Source: Chlorokybus atmophyticus (taxonomy: Eukaryota; Plantae; Mesostigma and Chlorokybus algae). Taken from it: a DNA stretch of 41,318 nucleotides. The notes below the pieces were generated by a model. It was not told the DNA's origin, ran no database searches, and was given only the letters and a program-made list of their open reading frames with translations. Shown here one piece after another: positions 26,008-35,960 of this stretch. The stretch lies in NCBI GenBank assembly GCA_009103225.1, contig RHPI01001891.1, positions 1 through 41,318 of the forward strand, in the 5' to 3' direction. The first letter of the stretch is position 1. The number at the start of each line of letters is the position of its first letter. The position numbers were made by a program, and so were the translations under genes.

Positions 26008-27153
26008 CTAGCGCAAGTGAGGAGGGCCGTTGGTACGGCAATCGTCGCACCAATATTCCTCCATAGGTATCGTGTCCAAAGGTGGCTCCAGGCAGTAGCA
26101 ATGCAGGCCCTTGTTGCAGCCATCGCAGAGCATCATGAGTGCGTGGTCGCCGGCGCTGCCGCAGCGTTCACAGCGTGTGCTGCGCGCGGGATGAGGGTGC
26201 TGGATACTCCCGAAGCCGGCTACGTAAGGAAGGTGACATGGCGCACATTTCACCATGTTGTCCTTCAACCTCTCTCCGCTGTGACCAAGGAGGTCCAGCA
26301 CCCCTGTGGGGTACACTTTGAGTACCTTGTAGACGGTGCGGCCCACGGAGGTGTCAAGCGTGTCTTTAGTGGCTGCCATGCGATAGGCAAAGTCCCCCGC
26401 TTGGAACCGTCGTTGGCGCTCTTTGTAGAAGCCGCTGCGTACGCGCTCGTAGCGCAGCGTGTCGCGATGCTGCGCGATGCGCAGGTTGTTGAAGGCCATG
26501 GGGACGTTGCGCTCGAAAAGCGCGGCGCGCGTGGTGATGTCGTGGTGCATCCAGTCAGGGTCGTCGAGGTTGTTCACGACGCGATCCACCTCTTGCTGAA
26601 CACGGAAGGGGAGCAATGGTGGTCGCCCGAACAGCAGGTAGTACGGGCTGTACTCCCGCAGAGCCGCCTGCTTTAACAATCGATATCCAAGGGCCACCCA
26701 CGGGAGGTGGTCATTCCAAGTGTTCTTCTCGTACTGCAGCACGTATTTGCGGAGTGCCTTCTTGATGGTCTGTACTGTACGCTCGGCGAGGCCGTCGGCT
26801 TGAGGGTGATCACGCGAGGTACGGCGGTGGTCGATGTAACATTTGTCCAAGAGGGTGTCGAATTCCCCTCTGAACTCAGTACCTTGGTCAGTGATGACCT
26901 CGGCGCAGCTGCCAAAATCGGCTGAGAACGTGAGAGAGGAAGGCTTGAGACACCCCCCTACTGCTCTTGTCGGGTAATGGTACCAGCTCCACCCATTTGG
27001 AGAAGTGCTCGATGACCAGGATGTAACGGTTGCCACGCGCTGAGGGTGCCAAGTCCCCCAAGATGTCGAGTCCCCATCGGTAAAAGAGACCGGAGATGGG
27101 GAGTGGGTGCAAGGTGGCGCTACGCGTGTTGAGGCTGGCGCGCACCATGTCAC
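26008..27153 (-). pseudogene. Integrase core and C-terminal PHD finger of element B
   Basis: DDE residues GLDILG / ITDQG / GLAERT (frameshift near 26925). Complete C4HC3 PHD CERCG...LCDGCNKGLHCYC...WCDDC at 26172-26038. Confidence 0.9.
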
Positions 27154-29209
27154 ACTGCTGGCAGTGGCTGACGAACCTTTGCACCTGTTTTGTTAATCCA
27201 TACCACCAATATTGTGCCCTCACTAGGCTGACTGTACGCTTGACACCGAAGTGTCCAAGCTCAGTGTGGAGGGAAGTGATGATGCCCTCGCGCGTGACTG
27301 GTGTCGGCACTTCCTTGTCTTCGTCGTGGAAGCGGCGATACAGCTTGTCATCTGCCCATCGATAGTGACGGGTGCGTTGGGTGACTCGGTTCTTCTCTCG
27401 AGCGCTCATGCCGGAGGGAAGCTGGCCCCTTTGAAGAAAGGAGAGTGATGGCTTGTCCTGCCATATGTCCTGCCTGGTGTCAGTGGGCGCCAACTCTGTG
27501 TCATCGACGTCAATGTCGTCTGCGTGGGCGTCTCCCAAGGGTGTGGTTGCTGCAGGGCCGGTAGACTCAAGGGCAGGAATCTCCTTTGCCACTGCTGAGG
27601 CCGTGGTGTTGGTCTTGCGCCCTGAGCGCAACGCGGCAGCAGCAAACATTGCTGTCATGGTGGGGGCTGTTGCTGCAGGGACGAGCTCATGCCGAGCTCC
27701 AGTTTTATCATTGGTGCTGAGGTGAGGGTTGCGACTGAGGCCATCGGCGTTTTGGTTGGTGAGGCCAGCGCGGTGGTCGATCTCGAAGTCGTATTCCTGC
27801 GACAGCAGGGCCCATCGAGCAAGTTTCCCTGTCAGATGTTGGTTGGTCATCAGCCACTTGAGGGGCTGATGATCGGTGATCAGTTGAAAATGTCGACCAA
27901 AGAGGAAAGGTCGAAAGAAGGAGATGGCCCACACTGCAGCGAGGCACTCCCCTTTGTAGCTGCTGTAGTTGGCCTCGGCGCTATTGTTGCTGCGGCTGGC
28001 GTATGACACCACCCGCTCCTTCTTGTTCTCATCGTGCTGCACCAGCACCGCTCCCATCCCCAGCTTGCTCCAGCTGGTGTGAAGGATGAAAGGCTTGACG
28101 TAGTCCGGACGTTGAAGGATGGGAGCGCTGGTGAGCCTGCTCTTCAGCTCCTCGAAGGCCTGCTGTTGCGGCTCCTTCCACGCGAACTCCACCTCCTTCT
28201 TCAGTAGCTCGTTGAGGGGCCTTGCGATCTTCGCGAAGTCCTTCACGAACCGGCGATAGTAGTTGGCAAGTCCCAAGAAAGCGCGCAGACGTGTGAGGTC
28301 TGTCGGGGCAGGGATAGCTGCCAGCGCCTCTACTTTTGCCTCCTGCACATACACACCATGGGGCACAATCATGTGCCCTAAGTACGGCACCTTGTGGGTG
28401 AAGAATGTACACTTGTCGGGGTGTACGGTCATCCCCACTCCCTTGAGTCGTTCCAGCACCGCTTCGATGTGCTGAAGATGCTCCTCGTTGCTGCGGCTGA
28501 AGATGAGGATATCATTGATGTAGCACCGCGCGCAGTCCAGCCCCTTCAAGGCTTTGTCCATGACGCGTTGAAACTTGGCGGGGGCATTCTTCAGCCCGAA
28601 CGGCATTACCTTCCATTGGTACAACTGTCGGTTGCCCTAGAAGGAGGTCTTGTGCTTGTCCTCGTCCTTGATGGCGATTTGGTTGTATCCCTGACGCATG
28701 TCCAGGATGCTAAAGACTGTGCAGTCTCCCACATCATCAAAAATACCCTCTGCTGTGGGCATGGGGTACCGGTCTTGCTTGGTCTTGTTGTTGAGGGGCC
28801 GATAGTCGCCACACATGCGTCGCTCTGTCCAGTTGCCTGCTGAATCCTTATTCAATGGCATGACGGTTGCTGCTGCGAAGTCCGATGTGGACTCTTCGAT
28901 AAGGCCTGCATCCAGCAGCGCCTTACATCTCTGTTCCACTAAGTCTTCTTCCAACTTGGAGGGCCTATATTGTCGTTGGAACACCGGCTCAGTGTCCACC
29001 AGCTCGATGTCCATCTGGTACACTGAGCATGTACCCAATTCCTTCACATTGAAGCTGAATTGGCTCCTCCGTTTGTTAAGGAGAGCCTCCAGCTTCTCTC
29101 GAGTGTCTTCTGTGGCCAACGGGCCAATGGCATGGTCCCAGGAGGTTGCATTGGCAACCACGGGAATGTCCTCCACTGTCACTGCTGCTTGCTCCTTCAT
29201 GTGGACCAC
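26888..29209 (-). pseudogene. Reverse transcriptase, RNase H and integrase zinc finger of element B
   Basis: RRMCGDYRPLN, DMRQGYNQI, MPFGLKNAPAKFQ, CYINDILIF (YxDD decayed), RAFLGLANYYRRF, TDHQPL, DGLSR, HTELGHFG...CQQC. In-frame TAG at 28638-40 where W is expected. Confidence 0.92.
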
Positions 29210-29329
29210 CTCGAGGGCTGTGTGAGCTGCCTTGCTGTCGGCTACGCGATCAGCCCACCCCCCAGCCTAGTGTTCGAGATCCTCGAAGGACACGTGGTGG
29301 TCCTGCAATGCGAAGCTCAGCTCCAGCAG

Positions 29330-31155
29330 CCATACCATGCTGTTCTGGTCCATGGCGCGACCAAGCAGCTGGCATTGCTGACTATCTGTCAGCGATGAGC
29401 CCGTGATGCTGTTGTGGGGAAGAATCCCATGGCGCGTTCACGTTCGCGTGCGTTGGGTTCTTTCAGCCTGTTGGTGGTCGCATCGAACACCATCCCGTCA
29501 CCACCGTTCCGAAATGCGTAAGAGCCCGGGTAGGACACCAATGTGGGGAGTGCGCGACGGGGCTGACCGGGCTGAGTGCACGGGTAGAAGTGGTTGTGGT
29601 CATGACGCAGGACAGGCTGTGCTGTGCGGCCGGGGTCAAGGATGTCATCGACCAGCAGGTTGCGCGGCCGAGCGCTGCGTGTGCATTCGGCGGTCACGAG
29701 TTCCCCCACGGTGGCCAAGTTTGTCCATTTGGCACGTACACGATGTGCGCGCGAGCCATGTCGTGCTGCGTTCACCTTGAGTGGGTGCCCCAGAATGGAG
29801 CAAACTTGTCGGTAGCTGGAGGCCACGTGCGGACGCTTGTCGTCCTCTGAATGCACATGTTCGATGACGTACCCCAGGGGTCTGGAGATTTGATGGTATT
29901 GAAGGAGGTGGATGATTCTCATCAGATCCCAGAACAGCCCGGAGCGAGGGTTTTCGAGGCCTTGCCCCTTGCTTGCCCTGGAGTGCCCTTGGCATTCCCA
30001 TCCAGCTTTTAACAGGTCGACGTTGCCGTGGGATAGTAGGTGATCTTCAGTGATCAGCCGGATGTCCTGTGGCAATGCTTTGAGGCTGTCTTGCAGCGCC
30101 GAGAGGGGTAGTTGACGTGGATACCTTGCGTGCAGTTGGCGTAAGTGGTGCTTGAGGACCGTTTGCGCGTGTGGGTCTGGGTTGCAGTAATAGTATTTGA
30201 CAACCTTCACGCCCGTGTTGAGGACCGCAGCAAGACCGCTGCCAATGCCTCCAAACAGCTCCAACACTGTGATGCCCTGTTGCCTGCGAAAGGTGTGGAA
30301 CTCCACCACTCCGGTGGCCACCATATGGTGGTCCTGCACCTTGATGTGGCTTCGGTAGTTGGGGAAGCGCGTGGTGATCAGTGGATGGCTGAGCAAGACG
30401 TGCGCATCCACCTGTGCGCGCCAGCGCCGTTCAGCTGGGTCTTGTAATGCTACTTCCACGGTGGCATCCTTCTGCTCCTCGTTGTACGGGGTGGGAGAGG
30501 AGTCGACAGTTCGACACGGGGCCGTAACACCAGCAGCGACTTGCGTCCGAGCGCCGTCGTATGTGGCCATTGCAGCCTCCCGGGTGCGGGCGTGGCTGCG
30601 TGTGGCCACGGCAGCCACTTTGCGTTGGGCGCGCGTGCGCGAGACCAACTCGAGAGGCAGAAAACCCTGCACCTCTCCGTCATCGTCATCCCAATGTGGC
30701 CGAAACCACGCTCGCTCTGTCCAGCAGTCGAGGCCCATGCCCACAGGGAAGTTGAAGTCCTGCCCAAGCAGAAAGTCGAAGGAGCCGGCATTGGTGACCA
30801 CACATTGCTGGACGATCTCGGTCGTGTGGGTTGGGTCCAGCCCTGTCAACCGAATGCAAAAGGCCTCCCTGGTGACTCCCATCACCTTATCTCGGCTACC
30901 TGTGGCAGTGTCCAACACGTACGGGCAAGGCACCAAGTCGGAGCTGTTTATGCCGAGGAACCGCGCAAGGAAGCGCCCAATGATGACAGGCTGTGCTCCG
31001 GTGTCCAAGATTACTCGCTTGGGTGCCAGGCCGTTGATGGTAACATGCTTGCCTTGGTTGGCCACCATGGCAGCATTGGCGTCGATACGCAGCCTCTTCA
31101 TACGAGCTGTCTGCACCTCTGACTCAGTTCTCTCAGCTGGGGGTGCTGAGCGCAT
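29330..31155 (-). pseudogene. Protease plus DNMT3-like C5 cytosine methyltransferase of element B
   Basis: ILDTGAQ (DTG at 31005-30997); motif I LELFGGIG 30264-30241; motif IV GWECQGHS 30003-29980; motif VI EHV 29862-29854; motif VIII AHRVRAKWTNL 29748-29716; ERAMGF; motif X LLGRAMD 29368-29348 after a +1 frameshift. Confidence 0.9.
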
Positions 31156-32850
31156 GGCAGCCAGAGCTCCTCTGCATGCTGGGTCCGGAGAACCCCCGCC
31201 TTGCCCTCTCCCTCTGCCGAATTGACCGGCGCTGGTTGTGGTGGCGGCGCAGGTGGATGCCGCCTCTGCGAAAATGGAATCATGCCCGCGGGTGTACCCA
31301 ATGGCTGTGGAGGAAACCCCGGCGGACCCGGTGTTTGTGGGCCTGCCTCGCGTTCAGCTTGCTCCGCGGCGTACGTCCATCGGACAGCATGAGCCGCTTC
31401 TCTGACCAACGTCCCTTCCCACGTGGCCGTGGGCTCGGTGTCCGTGTCGGTCCAATGATGATATTGAGGCATGGGCTGCAGGTATACGGCGCGTAGTAGC
31501 TGTCGCCGCATGTCGTGAGTGATGGTGGGGACTCGCAAGATCCCTGCCATGTAGGCATCCCACCTTCCTTGTACCACTTCGAGCACGGTCATGGCGCGCG
31601 CGCGTAGGGTGCGCTGGAGGTCAGTCTGCTGTGCGTGTAGCTCATGAGCAATGGCGATGCGCCGCCGTTGCCGTGCGGCTTCCACCCCTGGCAGCCGCAG
31701 CATTGCCTCTTGCACTCCCTCCAGCGTGTCCGGGGCTGTGGTGGCAGCCTCGTCGTATGCTTGTCGCAGCGAACGAACGAATGCCCCCAACCATGATGCT
31801 CGGTTGCCAAAGGCAAACAGGGGGACAGCAGGGTGATTGGCAACGAGCCATGTCACGAGACGGGCTCGAGCGGCGCTGCCCTCTTGCATCCCCATCATCT
31901 GTCTTAATGTGTTGCCCTCAGGCCTGTGCAACATGACTGCTTGCCGGATGAGTGCGGTACGGAGTTGTTGCTCCCCCACCATACCAGCTCCTCCTCATTG
32001 TGTGGTGTCCCCTTGCGGGGTGAGGTACCCTCGCCCTGCATCGCGTTGATCCTCGGGTTGCAACCAAAGGAGGCAGCAGCGGGGCGATTACCCCCCTCAA
32101 TTGTTGCGCCGACGCCCTCGCTTGGTCTGCAACAGTTGCTTATCCTGGCTGTTCGATGGCGACTGCCGTGGAGCACTCTGTGGTCAGCGCCGTGGAGGCG
32201 CTGGCAACATTTGCCGGTGCTACGGTTGGTACGATAACGGCGTGTGCTGCTTCGTACGCCTGTCGGCGCGCGTCCACTTGGGCAGCTTGGTCCACCCGAT
32301 AACGATGGGCCTGTTTGAGGGCAGAGAAACGCTCTTGACGACTGCCTGGAGTGAGCCCCCGGAGAGCGGGATCAGCGCCCAGCGCGATGTCTGACATGGT
32401 GACCACGAGATCTTGTATTTGTGTCGCTGGAGGCCGAGTGGGTCCAGTGGCGAGGGCTCGAAGTCGATCTGTTGAGCGGGCATGGGTTGCCGCGTTTGAT
32501 TGGGTGCGCCCTGCAATCGTGCGTGTAATGCCAGGAACAACTGGATGGCCAGCTCCAATACTACAGATCGCCGGTAGGTGACCCCGAAGAGACGATCCCT
32601 CATCTCTGGTGCAGTGCCGGCGAGAATTTTATCCTCCAGCTGCTGTTGTGTGGGTTCCGGCAGCGTGTGGTACTTTGAAGGTGGTAGGGGCAAGATGCGA
32701 TCATCGCGTGCCACGCGCGTGGTGCATTGCCCCCTGGTCCGTACGCAATGGTGGTGGGCTCCACGTTGCGTAGAACCGACGCCCAGGCGCGTTCTACTTG
32801 TGGCCCGCGTGGCACTCGCTGTGCGACATCCAGCGCTGGTGGCGGTGCCG
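31098..32850 (-). pseudogene. Unassigned coding region between gag and protease in element B (homolog at ~22416-24149 in element A)
   Basis: 294-aa open segment 31982-31098 aligns with A (EQQLRT, LVTWL/VLTWL, RQAY, RWD[AT]YM, RRQL[LV]RAVY, TWEGTLVREAAHA). No known domain recognised. Confidence 0.7.
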
Positions 32851-33315
32851 TTCAAACCTCAGGCAGTGGTGCAGTGGGTATGGCAGCACTACTGGAGGCG
32901 ATGGTGGTGGCACCTGCAGCAGTCGTCGTTACTGAGGTGGCGGCTGTGAGGGTGGCAGCAATTGCGGCCGATGTGGTTGCTTCGATTGAGGCAGGGGTGT
33001 TGGATTCACCACTTACGAACCCAACGACCATGGTTGTTGCGGCGTGGGTGCTCTCCATCACCAGGGACAGCGTGGTGCCAAGAGTGCTGACACCTGCTGT
33101 CGTGGTCGGTGTGGACGCCGACGGTGTCGTCGACGGCGTCGTCCCAGCGGTGGTTGTGGCTGCCGAGGCAGCACCACTTGTGGCGTCCGACGATGCCGCT
33201 GTTGACGACGCGCCAGCTTCCCTGCGCGCACGTCTTGATGGTTGTACGCGTGACGGCGTGGGAGTGTCCCTATCCCGTTTTGGTGCCATCAGTGCCCACC
33301 TAGCAGCATAGCAGG

Positions 33316-33693
33316 TGTTGAAGGTATTCCTACATCCGGTCAGCTTGCCCTTTGCAAAGGAATACACAAGAGGACCTCGATGACTCCGGACTGAGTTCGA
33401 GCAGACTGCAAAGCAAGGCCTTACAAGAACCGTTGGATTTTGATGGATACGAAGCCGAATGACACGTGGAGTAGCTTGTCGGATAGATCTTGAGGTTAGC
33501 TACGTGGTGCAATTTACAGCACAGGATTCTGTTGAGTAGATCGTACGGTTTGGCTTGTAGACCAGCAGTTTGTGTATCTGGTGCAGAATTTGGCGGGTAT
33601 AAGACCCGCGGACTTGTTACCTTAATATAAGCTATAGTGTTGTGATGTAGCATGTCACCCATGTGCATTTGCTTGTCAACGTGTATGTCAATA
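33316..33693 (+). repeat. 5' LTR of the copia element
   Basis: Aligns end to end with 35581-35960; ~18 substitutions (mostly transitions) and one 2-nt indel by hand alignment. Confidence 0.95.
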
Positions 33694-33706
33694 GGATATG
33701 GGCCCA
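33694..33706 (+). promoter_or_regulatory. Primer-binding site for a half-molecule initiator tRNA-Met
   Basis: GGATATGGGCCCA directly after the LTR, one mismatch from GGTTATGGGCCCA, the complement of the tRNAi-Met anticodon arm used by Drosophila copia-type elements. Confidence 0.75.
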
Positions 33707-33959
33707 CGCATGCATATGTAGGTTGAAGTGTGTTGCAATTGTGTGTGTAGCTGTGGTTGTTTTGTGAAGACTCTAAAGACTTCGAAGATTGAAAACTGAA
33801 GCTCTGAAGACTCTGAAGGCCCTTAAAGACTGGTGTGAGAAAGTTGCAAGCGTGGCGAAAGGCAAAGAAGGCAACTTGAAGACTTGAAGGCTGTGGCGAG
33901 AGTTGAAGAGAAAGTTGCAAGTTTTGCGAGAGGCAGAAGGCGACTTGAAGATTTGAAGC

Positions 33960-35535
33960 ATGGATGGCTTAAAGTTCACAATTGAGCCACTTGAAGTTGA
34001 CAACTATAGCACGTGGAGTGTAAAGATGGGAGTTGCTACTGTTTCACGAAGACTTGTGGAAATATGTCGACCCCAAAAAAGAAGTGTCTGCAGGGCAAGG
34101 AAGTATTTGGGCGACACAAGGAAGGAAGGCATTGGCCTTGATAGGCTTGAATGTTGCGGAGCATCATCTGGTGATGGTGAAAGAATGCAGCACCGCGAAG
34201 GAGCTGTGGTTGAAGTTGGAGAGCCACTTTAAGTCGCGCAACATGGCAAGAAGGCTACAGCTAAGACAAGAACTCAACTCGTTGCGAAAGATGAGCGGGG
34301 AGCCAATTAGCAAGTTTGTAGCGCGAGCGAAAGCGTTATGGAAAGACTTGTTGGGCGTTGGCCATGAGCTCAAAGTAGTTGAGGTGGTGTGGGCTGTGCT
34401 CCTGTGATTGCCCACAGAGTATCGAGTGGTTGTCACAATTTTGGAATCAACGACGGAAGAGTTGTCGCTGGATGGGGTGACGCCAAGACTTCTTCAAGAA
34501 GAGCAACGCTTGAAGAAGGATGATGAAGCAGAGAATGGAGCATCGCCTTCAGGTGTGGCGTTTGGGGCTTCGAAGTATGTAAAGAAGGGCGCTCAAGGCA
34601 GCAACAGAGAGTGTTGGAACTGCGGGGAGCGTGGTCACTTCAAGTACAAGTGTCCCAAGTTGAAGAAGTCAAGTGAAGAAGGAGAAGGGAGAGCGGTTGC
34701 ATTTCATGCAACGGAAGAAGGAGCAGAGTATCCTGGGTGGGTGCTGGATTCGGAAGCTTCGAGGCATCTCACAAGCGACAGGAGCAAGCTCGTCAATTAC
34801 ACTCCTCTGTCAAAGCCTGTCACGGTGGACTTCGGCAACAAGACGATGTTGCAAGCGGTTGCAAAGGGGGACGTTAATCTTAGGTGCAAGGTTGGGACTG
34901 AAGTGAGGAAGGTTGTGCTGAGGGATGTACTGCATGTGCCAGGTGCATCCGCGAATCTGTTTTCGGTGCGTGTAACCACGAGGGTTGGTGCGAGTGCTGT
35001 GTTTGACATGCACAAGGCTAGGATAGTGCTTGGGGGTGTTACACAGTTGGTCGGCATCAACAAGGGTGGACTCTACTACGTGGAGGAGGACATTGAGCGC
35101 AAGGCGGTTGCTGCAATGGCAAGGGTGGTTGAGAAAAAACCACAAGGTCAGAGCAACCAGAAGACACAGAAGATTGATGTAAAGGAAAGCTCAGAGCCCG
35201 TGGGAGCTGCAAGAAGCTACAAGCAAGTGTTTGAGAGCAAGGTGTTAAAGGTGGTGAAGAATGGAGTTAAGGTTAGCACTGAAGGCCAAGGTTCTGTCGA
35301 GGGAAGACAGGTGCAGCGAGTAAAAGGCGGAAACGAGCATGCGCAGCAAGTACAAGTGAAGACAGGCAAGCTGGAGATGAAGCTTGCAGCTGAAGGCAAC
35401 AACGACTTCAAGGCGAACAGGTTTCAAGCACTGATGGAAAGCGTGGAGGAGCTGGAGCAAGAGGAGCTCAAGAGTCGGGCTTACATGATCGCCAAGAAGA
35501 GAAGTAAGGAGCGCGTGGGAGTTCACCATGCGTGA
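33960..35535 (+). pseudogene. Copia gag-protease, disrupted
   Basis: TAKELWLKLESHF...LRQELNSLRK (UBN2/Retrotran_gag_2-like), CWNCGERGHFKYKC, WVLDSEASRHLT; frameshift near 34030 and TGA at 34405. Confidence 0.85.
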
Positions 35536-35580
35536 GTGACAAAGGAGCAAGTGATGAAGGCCAAGCTGCCCGCGTGAGAG

Positions 35581-35960
35581 TGTTAAGGGTATTCCTACAT
35601 CCGGTCAGCTTGCCCTCTGCAAAGGAATACACAAGAGGACCTCGATGACTTCGGACTGAGTTCGAGCAGACTGCAAAGCAAGGCCTTACAAGAACCGTTG
35701 GATTTTGATGGATACAAAGCTGAAAGACACGTAGAGTAGCTTGTCGGATAGATTTTGAGGTTAGCTACGTGGTGCAACTTACAGCACAGGATTTTGTTGA
35801 GTAGACCGTATGGTGTGGCTTGTAGACCAGCAATGTGTGTATCTGGTGCAGAATTTGGCGGGTATAAGACCCGCGGACTTGTTGCCTTAATATAAGCTAT
35901 AGTGTTGTGATGTAGCATGTCACCCATGTGCATTTGCTTGTCAACGTGTGTATGTCAACA
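35581..35960 (+). repeat. 3' LTR of the copia element
   Basis: Direct repeat of 33316-33693; ends TCAACA, followed by the TSD GCAGG. Confidence 0.95.

Larger units (their letters stand above)
33316..35960 (+). mobile_element. Non-autonomous Ty1/copia-type LTR element (gag + protease only), 2645 bp
   Basis: Direct LTRs 33316-33693 and 35581-35960 (TGTT...TCAACA); 5-bp TSD GCAGG (33311-15 and 35961-65); PBS; UBN2-type gag, CCHC knuckle, WVLDSEAS protease; no integrase, RT or RNase H. Confidence 0.93.

Noticed and set aside
25969-26676. Long opposite-strand ORFs (also 30359-31225, 17115-17651, 32727-33311)
   Set aside because: Antisense shadows of GC-rich coding or low-complexity sequence, with no independent motifs.
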